This document shows positions 1 to 16,600 of a stretch of 64,000 nt of DNA, in pieces (positions within the stretch are counted from its first letter, which is position 1; every line of letters begins with the position of its first letter). The notes beneath the pieces were generated by a model, which saw nothing but the letters and a program-made list of their open reading frames with translations, searched no databases and was not told where the DNA came from. Made by a program: the position numbers and the translations under genes. This DNA is from Macrostomum lignano (Eukaryota), in contig NIVC01000126.1 of NCBI GenBank assembly GCA_002269645.1, positions 62,001 through 126,000 on the forward strand. The letters are read 5' to 3'.

Positions 1-420
1 CAAAGTGCGCTCTTGTTTTGATGCGCACAAAATCGAGTTGTTTCGGTTGAAGACATGGCTTAACTTATTGTGAAATTTGAGAACATTTATTGTAAAAGCA
101 ACAGACAAAAAATCCAATTTTCCGTGCGCCAATGCTGTAGACTATAAATCGGTCTACGTTGAGAAAGAGAACTTAATGTACAATTGCAAAAACTTAATAT
201 AATAGTAATGTACTTTTTAGCCATTACTGACTTTTGTGGAGCTCTGTCTTTGTGTAATTATTATTTCGTACTATTGATTGTATTGATCGTTTTTAGAATA
301 TATTGTTGCTTGCAGTGAAATACATGTATATGAAGCTAGCTGTAACGGTCGTACTTATGCATGGAGAACAAATCTGGCCCTGTGAGTAAAATGTTACAGT
401 TCCAGTACAGTTGTAATGTT

Positions 421-1200
421 ACTCCCTACCTCCCTCCGCTCCCTACCTCCCTCCGCTCCCTACCTCCCTCCGCTCCCTACCTCCCTCCGCTCCCTACCTT
501 CCTCCGCTCCCTACCTCCCTCCGCTCCCTACCTTCCTCCGCTCCCTACCTCCCTCCGCTCCCTACCTCCCTCCGCTCCCTACCTCCCTCCGCTCCCTACC
601 TCCCTCCGCTCCCTACCTCCCTCCATTCCCTACCTCCCTCAGCTCCCTACCACTCCGCTCCCTACCACCCTTTGTTCCCTACCTCCCTCAGCTCCCTACC
701 ACTCCGCTCCCTACCACCCTTTGTTCCCTACCTCCCTTTGTTCCCTACCTCCCTCCGCTCCCTCCATTCCCTACCTCCCTCAGCTCCCTACCACTCCGCT
801 CCCTACCTCCCTTTGTTCCCTACCTCCCTTTGTTCCCTACCTCCCTCCGCTCCCTACCTCCCTCCGCTCCCTACCTCCCTCCGCTCCCTACCTCCCTCCG
901 CTCCCTACCACTCCGCTCCCTACCTCCCTCCGCTCCCTACCTCCCTCCGCTCCCTACCTCCCTCCGCTCCCTACCACTCCGCTCCCTACCTCCCTCCGCT
1001 CCCTACCTCCCTCCGCTCCCTACCTCCCTCCGCTCCCAACCTCTCTCAGCTCCCAAACCTCCCTCCGCTCCCTACCTCCCTCCGCTCCCTCCATTCCCTA
1101 CCTCCCTCTGCTCCCTACCTCTCTCAGCTCCCAAACCTCCCTCAGCTCTCATACCTCCCTCAAGATCCCATACCTTCCTCACCTCCCATACCTCCCTCCA
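421..1200. repeat. 17-bp CT-rich minisatellite (CTCCCTACCTCCCTCCG)n
   Basis: Tandem unit read directly; accounts for ORFs 361-1236, 416-1219 and 672-1262. Confidence 0.95.
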
Positions 1201-1576
1201 GTTCCATTATTCCCGATAACAGAATGCGCAGATTGATACTAAGACGTCAGACTTTGTTTTGAATAGTTTTAAATCGCAATTTCCCTCCTATTGGTCATCC
1301 AGCCCGTTAGCCAATGGATTTGCAAGCGCTTGACTATATGACAGTTTCTGGGAAGTCTGCCCGTGGTTTGTTGAAGCTCTTCCAGAGGTAGAATGGCATA
1401 GCCAATAGTTGATGGGACTGATTGTGATAAACGTTTGAAATTGTAGTCCTATATAGAAACAGTTAAAACTTGAATCCCCAGGCTTACTGTACTGTATTGA
1501 AGTTAAACGAACTGACTTTCCAAACGATTTAACAACAGTTCTTTTTCGCATGAATTCATTTGACACATAAAAAGCC

Positions 1577-5668
<4,092 letters not shown>

Positions 5669-8600
5669 TAATGAAAAAATATAAAAGAAACGAATCAGCA
5701 ACGAGAAGTATAGTTATATGTATATATATGTATATGAATATTAATATATGATTTGACGCCTATAGGGATTGGCGTCGGCTTAAAATGGACGAATTTTTAT
5801 GACTTCTCAAGTTAGAGAGTGAGAAGAGGGTGAGAAGGCGGCACCATCGGCACAGCTGAGATAATGATGAGGAAGGTTTCCCCGGCCGCATATAAGACAC
5901 GGAGAGCTTAAGAGATCGCTTGGCTAGATAAAAGTCTTCAGGCCAGCACTGTGCATTGTTGACACTGGCGGATCGCAGCTATTTGAACTGCTCTAGCCGT
6001 GCAGCCTCGCGCTCCGCTGGGAGCACGCGTTTCTCGAGTTCATGCAATACCGCACCAAGTTGCTTCGTTGGGACTCGGGAGTCTGAGAGGAAATTAGAGG
6101 AACGACGAGATGGGGCGAGAGTGGACCGGACCTGTTTTGCATCGGGTTGTCCAGGCAGTTCATGGCGATCCAAGCCCTAGAATACTGGAATGGAAACTAT
6201 GCGCAGTGTTTTATTTAATATGAAGAATCGTGGAGTTCGTTTCGGACGAATTTCATCCATCCAATAAGTGTTCTTAATTTATCCTTAACTCAATTTCCCA
6301 CCCAACGAATTTTCCAAGTCAAGAATCTGAGTAGGGTTAGGAAATTTCTAGGATTTCAATTTTAGACTCCTTCGAAACCATAGAAATGACCGGCGCAACG
6401 TCCGCTGCCAGTCCAGATAAAAAATCTAGAAGTCCTTGGTATATCAGCTCAGAGCAATAAATATAAAAGTGAATTGTAGACCCTACCTAACACTTGGATT
6501 GGAAACTGTCGCCATTACAAACTTCATGGACGTGAAAGACGTGAAAGAAACCATGGATGACTGAATTAGAAGTAGTTCAAGTGTAGGTTTGAAGCATTAA
6601 AACTGGCTAGTTAAAATTAGCTAATATGGTGTTTTGAAATTATAAAGTTTCGTGTTTATGAAAATTCGAATTTATGAAGTTTCGAGCATGTGAATTCTTG
6701 AAATCATGAAGCTTCCAACTTGTGAAGTTTCGAATTTATGAAGTTTCGAGCTTGTAAAATTTTGCAAGACTTCCACTGTTTTCGAATTATACAAGCATAT
6801 GAAAGCGGCCATTTCAATTTCGCTAGCAGGAAAATGCACATTTTAAATCCGCCAGTTCAGGCCATATTCCCTAAACTATATCGAGTTCATAACCTCTTTA
6901 GCCACTTAAAATTGCTTCTGAAAAGTTCCGTCAGCTTCTATCCAGATCCGCGAGCTCTAGTGCTCCACTAAACAGTCTGGCTCAGCTTCTCTCTTCATCA
7001 CTGTCGCTTTCTCTCTCTCTCTTGTTCTCTCCGCCCTTTCCAAGGCAATTTCTCCTCAAAAGCGTCCCGCCCCTTCCCTGTTGTGTGTGTGGGGCCCTGC
7101 TCTCGCTCATCTCTTTTGCTCAGCCACGCGGTAAAAAAACTGTGCAGCAGAATCATCATCATCTTCATCATTCGCAGGCAGGCGGGCGGGCAGGGTGCGC
7201 GCGCATGCCGTTGCGTGCCTGTGCGCCACCTCCTTTAACCACCCCCCTCTCTCCCCTCATCCATCCTCAACTATAGCTAGGCGACTAAGGAGGGGTGGTA
7301 GGGTATTAGGGCAAGATGAAGTGCTTTAGCAAATTCGCGCGAATGATATACGGCAGATTGAGACGAGAAGAGAGAGGCAAAGTCTGAAGTTCGAAGCTAG
7401 AGATAGGAGAAGGCACAGACTAGCAGGCCCAGGTATGTGTAATGTAGCCTTTGGCTCGTCCTTAGTATACTCCGCAGTATGCATATATTTATTTATTTGA
7501 CCGTCGCCTTTGCCCCTCCCCAGTCTTTGTCGAGCACAAAGGAATCTTGAAGCAGACGTTTTTGCGTGTGTGCGTGTGGATCGGGGGTTTCCTTTTAGCA
7601 GCAAGTCATTGATGAGGCGGACAGGCAGTCGCCTGGTCTGTGTAACAAAGGAAAACTTGCTACCACACAATGTTAGTTAGAAAAAAGGTCGTCAATCAGA
7701 GGGGATTAATTAAGCGAGCAGTTTCCCTTTGTCCCGAGGTCATTATTTTATTCAACCGTTAACCGATAGACCTGCAATTCCCATGGCCAGTTCCTCCACT
7801 GTTTCGCCTTCAATTACTGATTAACAGACAATTTATTAGTACAGCTAAAACTGTAACTTTTGCATTTAGAAGGTATACAGCGGACCCTTGTAGCAATTAC
7901 CGACTTGACTATAAACGCAATCAATGATTGATGCTTAGTCAAAAGTATATAAAATAATAGAAATTGAGCTAATGGTACAGAAAGAACATTAGTAGATTAA
8001 CTCATTGTAGTTAAACTGTGGAAAATAAAAGTACAAATCAACTTCAAGTAGAAAAAAAATCGAAAATAAGAAACCAAATTGAACCATATAGTATAAGTAA
8101 CATAGTATAGTTAAATATAGTATAAGTAATAGTATAAGTAATAGTAGCAGATAACTTAGATAAAGAGAATAATCAATAAGTCAGTGTACTTAAACAAAGA
8201 AATAATTACAATTCCGAGCTTTATTCTGGTGATCATAGAGTTATTTCTAATAGCTTATTTATTTGGGAAAAAATAGGACACAGAACTTTGGCGGTTCAAC
8301 AATAAGTTCTTCATATATTTTAAAAGTGAATTATTCCAATTTTCTTACAATTACTGCGCGGAACAATAAGCAATTATTATAGAATTATATATCGAAAAAT
8401 TCCAGAATTCTATTTACAAAATAACCGATTAATTACGACAAAAACGAAATTTATTTAAATTAATTCGTTTGCCAAAGCGAAATCAACCATGATACTAGTA
8501 TTTAGTTATTAATTCATTGAAAAAAAAATTTGATGCGGTTTTTTGTTATAATATTGATTAATTTTTCCGCTAGCTACATCCGAATTTCCGAATAAAGGTT

Positions 8601-9094
8601 TAATAATAAATTTCTGCGAAGCGAAATAAACAGAAAAAAAGATGTCTGTGTAGCTGAGATGACGGAGAATTCTCTCACCCGAATGAAGCGATATTCATTC
8701 TTAGCTAAGCAGCCATCCAGCGTGTGGGAAATTTATTAGTGACAAGATTATTCTCAAAGCAACGTCACCTGCCTGTTAGATATTTGATAATTACATTGGC
8801 TTAGCGCCCTTGTCTAATCCTCCTGTATAGGTAGGTGGCGAGGTGAGAATGCAAGACTAGCTACAGGTACCTGATTAGAGACAAATAACACCGAGCTGAT
8901 TAGCAGTCGGATTTAGACAGGACAATCCTCGCGGCCTCTGGCTGCTATGGAATAGCGCCGATGATTCGTGCACGAGTTTCCAAGAATTCCAGTTCCAATT
9001 TAACGAAATTGTCGGCTCAAATAAGATGAAAACTCGAAGATCATCACCTTAATGTGAAAAATTAGTTAATTAGTCTCTGTAGATTTTAATTGCG

Positions 9095-9277
9095 TAGATT
9101 AGCAATCCATTCTATTCCTTCATTGGTGATGTTGGCTAGATTAGCAATCCATTCTATTCCTTCATTGCTGATGTTGGCTAGATTAACAATCCATTCTATT
9201 CCTTCATTGGTGATGTTGGCTAGATTAGCAATCCATTCTATTCCTTCATTTGAGATTTGGCTAGATTAGCAATCCAT
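9095..9277 (-). repeat. About 4 copies of a 42-bp unit, inverted relative to the 10835-12546 array
   Basis: TAGATTAGCAATCCATTCTATTCCTTCATTGGTGATGTTGGC is the reverse complement of the downstream array unit. Confidence 0.92.
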
Positions 9278-9849
9278 CAGCATTATGGTCCTCTTTCTCC
9301 CTCACCAGTCATCGCCAAAGCATTTGTCACACGCAGCATCCTGAGCGGCTTGAGTTTAATTCATTTTAAAAGAGAATGAAATCGAACGACAAGTGACGGC
9401 TCTGAGTGCCTGAGTAGGCGGGAGGGCCTCAGAGGCAGCAGCAGTTCAGGTGAAAGTGAACACCTTTCTAGCTACTTAATCCACTAGCGCCTGCGAGACC
9501 CCTCGGGCTCAATGCCTCGCATTGAAATCCCCCCTCCCCACGAAGCTGAAACCTCACGCTTTGCTTTTTTCCTCCTCAACCCCTTTGCCAAGCCAGCTTT
9601 GACAAGCCTCCCACACACACGTTTCCAATCCAGCCGCAAAAAGTCTCAACCCCCCACCCCCACCCCAGATCCCTTCTCCGCCCAGCCGGGCTTCCGGTTC
9701 AGAGAGGCGAGAAGAGCCACTCTGAGAATTTGCTTCTTCTCTCTGCTCTGCTCTCCCTCTAATGCCACTCGTCACCATTCAGCCACAGCCAGCCAGCCGT
9801 GAAGAAGACAATTTAGAAAGTGCGAACCTATTTTTCAGAACTCGTCTGG

Positions 9850-10030
9850 ATTTACGAGCCCACGGGGGGCTGACATGAGGGTCCAAACTCAATAAGGCAC
9901 CGAGTGTGTGCATACCTGACGATTAGAAAGTCAGGGTCGTTGTACACCCGGTGTGAGTTCGTGCCTACGTACACTATTGCGGAATGGGCAGACAGAATAT
10001 GCTTCAGCGCTTGGTTGTGGAACAGTGTCA
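9850..10030 (+). repeat. Interspersed repeat fragment, also at ~20385-20940 and ~13105-13230
   Basis: GATTAGAAAGTCA...TGTACACC...GTGCCT.CGTACA.TATTG...AATGGGCAGA is shared between ~9921 and ~20806; GGGCCAACC...CACAGAGAGTGCA is shared between ~13120 and ~20390. Confidence 0.6.
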
Positions 10031-10047
10031 CCGAAAGCTTTGTTCCT

Positions 10048-10425
10048 GGGTGTACATGCTCATACAGGGTGTACACGCGCTCATACAGGGTGTACAAACT
10101 CATACATGGTGTACACGCTCATACAGGGTGTACACGCGCTCATACAGGGTGTACACGCGCTCATACAGGGTGTACACGCGCTCATACAGGGTGTACACGC
10201 TCATAAAGGGTGTACACGCTAATACAGGGTGTACACGCTCATACAGGGTGTACACGCTCATAAAGGGTGTACACGCTAATACAGGGTGTACACGCTCATA
10301 CAGGGTGTACATGCTCATAAAGGGTGTACACGCTAATACAGGGTGTACACGCTCATACAGGGTGTACACGCGCTCATACAGGGTGTACACGCTCATACAG
10401 GGTGTACACGCACATACAGGATGTA
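10048..10425. repeat. 20-22-bp minisatellite (TACAGGGTGTACACGC[GC]TCA)n with a GTGTACAC palindrome
   Basis: Read directly; accounts for the overlapping ORFs at 9852-10597. Confidence 0.93.
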
Positions 10426-10644
10426 CAGGGGCCAGCTGTTTTCTTAATATCCGTCTTAGGTAGTTTACACTCCCTGCATTTAAGTAGTTTGTCAATCTTT
10501 TAGAAGCAAATTTTTCTTGTGGAATCGAACCTAGGGCCATCTGGACTGAGCAACTCTGACCTTCACTAACCAGTTCACTCACAATCCCCTGTCGCACAGG
10601 AGGCCAGCTATCGCAGAGCTAGCGCAGCCTTCGCCCTTGGTGCA

Positions 10645-13600
10645 ATGGCGGATAATGTTGGGTTTCAACTGCAGCTGCAGCAGCAACATCAGGCGCTTCA
10701 TCAGCCCAGCAGTCGGCAGCAGCAGCAGCAGCGGATGCTGTCACACTGGCAGCTGCAGCAGCCGCAGCCGTACAGTCTGCCCTCCAGTCCGCTGCTTGGA
10801 GTTGGCGACGGTCGAAGAAGAAGAGTGAGTTTAGATGGATTGCTAATCTAGCCAACATCACAGATGAAGGAATAGAATGGATTGCTAATCTAGCCAACAT
10901 CACAGATGAAGGAATAGAATGGATTGCTAATCTAGCCAACATCACCAATAAAGGAATAGAATGGATTGCTAATCTAGCCAACATCACAGATGAAGGAATA
11001 GAATGGATTGCTAATCTAGCCAACATCACAGATGAAGGAATAGAATGGATTGCTGATCTAGCCAGCATCACCAATGAAGGAGTAGAATGGATTGCTAATC
11101 TAGCCAACACCACAGATGAAGGAATAGAATGGATTGCTAATCTAGCCAACACCACGGAGATGAAGGAGTAGAATGGATTGCTAATCTAGCCAACACCACG
11201 GAGATGAAGGAGTAGAATGGATTGCTAATCTAGCCAACACCACGGAGATGAAGGAGTAGAATGGATTGCTAATCTAGCCAACACCACGGAGTTGAAGGAG
11301 TAGAATGGATTGCTAATCTAGCCAACACCACAGAGATGAAGGAATAGAATGGATCGCTAATCTAGCCAACACCACGGAGATGAAGGAGTAGAATGGATTG
11401 CTAATCTAGCCAACACCACGGAGATGAAGGAATAGAATGGATTGCTAATCTAGCCAACATCACAGATGAAGGAATAGAATGGATTGCTAATCTAGCCAAC
11501 ATCACAGAGATGAAGGAGTAGAATGGATTGCTAATCTAGCCAACACCACGGAGATGAAGGAGTAGAATGGATTGCTAATCTAGCCAACACCACGGAGATG
11601 AAGGAGTAGAATGGATTGCTAATCTAGCCAACACCACGGAGTTGAAGGAGTAGAATGGATTGCTAATCTAGCCAACACCACAGAGATGAAGGAATAGAAT
11701 GGATCGCTAATCTAGCCAACATCACCAATGAAGGAATAGAATGGATTGCTAATCTGCCAACACCACGGAGATGAAGGAGTAGAATGGATTGCTACTCTAG
11801 CCAACACCACGGAGATGAAGGAGTAGAATGGATTGCTACTCTAGCCAACACCACGGAGATGAAGGAGTAGAATGGATTGCTAATCTAGCCAACACCACGG
11901 AGATGAAGGAGTAGAATGGATTGCTAATCTAGCCAACACCACGGAGTTGAAGGAGTAGAATGGATTGCTAATCTAGCCAACACCACGGAGATGAAGGAGT
12001 AGAATGGATTGCTAATCTAGCCAACACCACAGATGAAGGAATAGAATGGATCGCTAATCTAGCCAACATCACGGAGATGAAGGAATAGAATGGATTGCTA
12101 ATCTAGCCAACACCACGGAGATGAAGGAATAGAATGGATTGCTAATCTAGCCAACACCACGGAGATGAAGGAGTAGAATGGATTGCTAATCTAGCCAACA
12201 CCACGGAGATGAAGGAGTAGAATGGATTGCTAATCTAGCCAACACCACGGAGATGAAGGAATAGAATGGATTGCTAATCTAGCCAACACCACGGAGATGA
12301 AGGAATAGAATGGATTGCTAATCTAGCCAACACCACGGAGATGAAGGAGTAGAATGGATTGCTAATCTAGCCAACACCACGGAGATGAAGGAGTAGAATG
12401 GATTGCTAATCTAGCCAACACCACGGAGATGAAGGAGTAGAATGGATTGCTAATCTAGCCAACACCACAGAGATGAAGGAATAGAATGGATTGCTAATCT
12501 AGCCAACACCACGGAGATGAAGGAGTAGAATGGATTGCTAATCTAGACAACATCCCCCTGATACTGCAGCAGCAGTCTGGCAGCCAGCTGGACTCAGCCT
12601 CCAGCTTCCAGCAGCACCAGAGCTCCCTGAGCGGCGCCACCCGACCGCAGTTCGGCAGTCTGGGCAACGTGGCCAACCTTGGCGCCCAGGAAGCCGCGTC
12701 GAGAGCGTCTACGTCCTCATCGAAGAACTCGGAGTCCGGCGGCAAGCGGGCCTCAGGCTTGCAGGGCCTGTTCACTCTGCGTCGGATTCGCAGCTCCAAG
12801 TCGGTCTCGACAGGTGAACTTGGTGATAATTTGTCTCTTCATCAGCAGTTGCAACTCATCTCAGCGTCGACCAGTTGTAGCCTAGTGATTAGAGCGTCGA
12901 ACTCACCACTAGAAGGTCGGGGATTGGATTCTCGACACACTCGAAACAACACACTCTTGTGCGCTTCAGTTCACCCAGCTGTAAAATGGGTGCCAGCATT
13001 AGCTGGGGTAATTGAGGGTGTGTGGCGACCCCCCAGTCCTTGGACTGAACATCCGTAAGCAGCCTTCAGATGCGCCGCGCAATAGCTGTACACATCTGCC
13101 TATTAGGGCTGTCTTTATCAGGGCCAACCCCAAGGCACAGAGAGTGCAGTGTACACCACGCCTGAGGCGATTAAAACGCCAGGTTTACCATGTACTAGCT
13201 GTACACTCTGGCAACGGACTTACTAACTAACTGACAGCTGCCCCATCAGGCATTTCCTTCCGTCTGCAGAGTCTCTCTCAAACAATCCCCGCAGCAGGAC
13301 CGGCATTTTTAATTTTTCGCGACCAAGTTCGTCGGGTGCAACTACCAGCCAAGATCAACTCGCTGGACACGGTCAAGGAGATGTTTGTGCAGGCATTCTC
13401 CCAGTGGATTTCGGCTGAGTGGTTCGCCGATAATCCGCAGAGAAGGATTTACGTGCAGGATAAAACTTGCAGGCAGCTGTTCTACGAGCTGGAGGATGTG
13501 AGGTACTGCATGACTGACTGACTGACTGACTGACTGCCTGACTGACTGCCTGACTGACTGCCTGTCTGCCTGACTGCCTGACTGACTGACTGACTGACTG

Positions 13601-16600
13601 ACTGACTGCCTGACTGCCTGACTGACTGACTGACTGACTGACTGACTGCCTGACTGACTGACTGACTGACTGCCTGACTGACTGACTGACTGACTGACTG
13701 CCTGACTGACTGACTGACTGACTGACTGACTGACTGCCTGACTGACTGACTGCCTGACTGACTGACTGACTGACTGCCTGACTGACTGACTGACTGCCTG
13801 ACTGACTGACTGACTGACTGCCTGACTGACTGACTGACTGACTGACTGACTGACTGACTGACTGACTGACTGACTGACTGACTGCCTGACTGACTGACTG
13901 ACTGCCTGACTGACTGACTTCCTGACTGACTGACTGACTGACTGCCTGACTGACTGCCTGACTGACTGACTGACTGCCTGACTGACTGACTTCCTGACTG
14001 ACTGACTGACTGACTGACTGACTGACTGACTGACTAACTTACTACTTACTTACTAACTAAAGAAATAATTAACTAAATAAATAAATAACTAACGAACTAA
14101 TTAACTAACTCTGTGCTCCCACAGAGACGTGAGGCCCAACTGCCTACTAAAAATCCAGGAGCCCCAGCAGCAGAAAAGAAGTACAGCAGCAGCCCCTAGC
14201 AAGTACTGCATCGGCAGCAGTCAAATCCCCCTTGGCAACAACACGCATGGCAACCAAACGCCGGCCATGTTGCACAGTTTGCACCAGAAGCAGCTGCTTT
14301 TGCAGCAACAGCAGCAACAGCTGGAGCAGCAGACTAGACTATTACAGCACCGACAGCACCACCTGAGGCAGTCTTGCACCTGCCAGCTGACCACGGCGCA
14401 TTGCTCCTCCCCAGCTGAATTTTGTAAAAAGAAACTTTTTTATACAGCTTTAATATAAAATTCTAGCGACATGCTTTCTATCGGGACGCAATGCTTTTCC
14501 TACCTACCAGGTGACAAGCAGCTTAGAAGCCCAAGGCAGCAGCAATGTTGTCCATATCATCAGCACCATCACGGTCAGAGTCAGCTGTGGAGCCAGCAGC
14601 ACTCCTGTCCGTATCCTGCAAAGCCAGCCCAGTCGTGTGCGATGCCCAACTGCCTCTGTCATCAGCAGCAGCAGCAGCCTCACATCCAGCAAGCCTCCGA
14701 GCAGCTCCAGACACTGGCTAGACCCCATCGGGGCTGGCCGCCAGTGCTGGACTGTCAGGCGTGGGGTGGAAGGTCCGTTGGCCACGGACACGAAAGCTGG
14801 AATTCCGGCCCCTCTGCTGGGGTTGACCCTGGTGGACCTGGTGGCAGGCTCACCGACATGCCCTCTGCACACTCACGCGGCGACGCGGTGGTGCAAGGCC
14901 CCTGTCCTATGGTGAGCGGGGCATTGACGGCTGGCTGTGCCATGTTGCAGTCAGACCGTTCCCGTAGGCCCATTGACCAGGTGACCCAGCGGGGCCGGCA
15001 TCAACAACAACAACAACAGCAGCAGCAGCAGAAACCAATCACCTGCTGTCAGACGGGTGACGTAGCAACCACGACGCAGCAGCAGCAGAACGATTCTGCT
15101 TTTGAGAAGAAGCATCAACAACAGACGGCTAAGCAAATAAGCAGCGCGCCGCCTAGCGAGACCAGCCAGGATAGCGCATTCTCTAATAAAAGCGGTGAGC
15201 AAAATCTTTTTAGTCTGGATTAGTGACTAGCTTTAAAGAAAAATTATTCACCTGCTCTCTCAAGGTCGTTTGATTGTCCAACTGATCTCTCAAGGTCGTT
15301 TATTTGTCCAACTGAAATCTGAAGGACGGTCAGGTCAATCTTCCAGCTGCTCTCCCAAGTTCATTCAATCATTCAATCGCAAATAATTCCCGTTTTAGCA
15401 GCCTCATCCCCGGCTACTCAAGTGGTGAAGCCGACGCTGTCGCAGCCGGAGCCACAGACACAGGAAGCAATTGAAAATGCCGATACTATGAAGCCTATTG
15501 TAAGTAAAAAGAAATGTACTTAAATGAAACGTCTATGCCTAGCCCTTAGTTGGACGCCTACCTCACTCCGCCGCCTGATTAAACCTCGCAGCACATATCT
15601 TCTCCCCCTACCCCCACTTGGACGCCTACCTCACTCCGCCGCCTGATTAAACCTCGCGGCACAGATCTCTCCCCACCCCCAGTTGGACACCCACCTCACT
15701 CCACCGCCTGTCTGCCTTAAACCTCGCAGTATGCATCTCCCTCTACCCCTAGTTGGACGCCTACCGCGCTCCGCGGCCTGATTAAACCTTGCGGCACAGA
15801 TCTCTCCCTACCCCAGTTAGATGCCCACCCCACTCCCATGCCTGCTACGATAAGCTACAAGCAAACAGTTCAAAGCAGGGTGTTTAGTCAGTCAATAAGA
15901 TTCCTCAACGTGGATTCTGCCAACAGATTGCAGTCGCTAAGTCCTCGGTCGCCTCGGCAGAAGAATCTGAAGGCGACATAAACCGGGAGATGTTAGCCAT
16001 GGATGAGGCCTATCGCGAGTTCTGCAATCGCCAGACAGAAATTGCCGCCCTAATTGCCAGTCTGGAAGCGGCTGTAGCATCGCAGCCAGGTGGAGGTGGA
16101 ACTGACGAAAATACTACGGAATTTGTGAGCAGCGCTGAGCACAGATTGAGCATCCTGCTGGCGCTGCTGGCGGATCAGGAGACTCAGGCGGTGCAACGAA
16201 TCGACCGACCGGTGGCCGAGTCCGTTGCTAAGCGACGAAAGCATATTGAAGAGTGCAACAGGTTTGCTGGCCTGCTGGTAGTCTTTTGTTGTTCTAACAT
16301 GGAATGGTCTTAAGATGTGGCAGCCCTCCGAGGGATATAGAATTGAAATTTTAATTTCTCTAACTGAGATTTTCTACAAATATGCCTTACAGACTCGTGT
16401 CTTCAGTTCGTCAGTCTTTGTCGGAGTCAAAGCGTCGATGCGACGGTTTGGCACGAACAGTGCGACAGCTTGTCGAGTAAGTGGCACCATTGAATGCGAA
16501 ATAACTGCAGTTCAAAATATTAGAAAGCTACAATATCATTTCAGAAGCAAAAATTTACAAGAAGAAAAGCAACAATCGCCTGATGAATCTGACCAAGTAT

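Noticed and set aside
361-1262. Pro/Leu-rich extensin-like ORFs
   Set aside because: Open in all three frames because the CT repeat has no stops.
5956-6180. Short ORFs, possibly a gag fragment
   Set aside because: No recognisable motif, stop-bounded, and no LTR or pol nearby.
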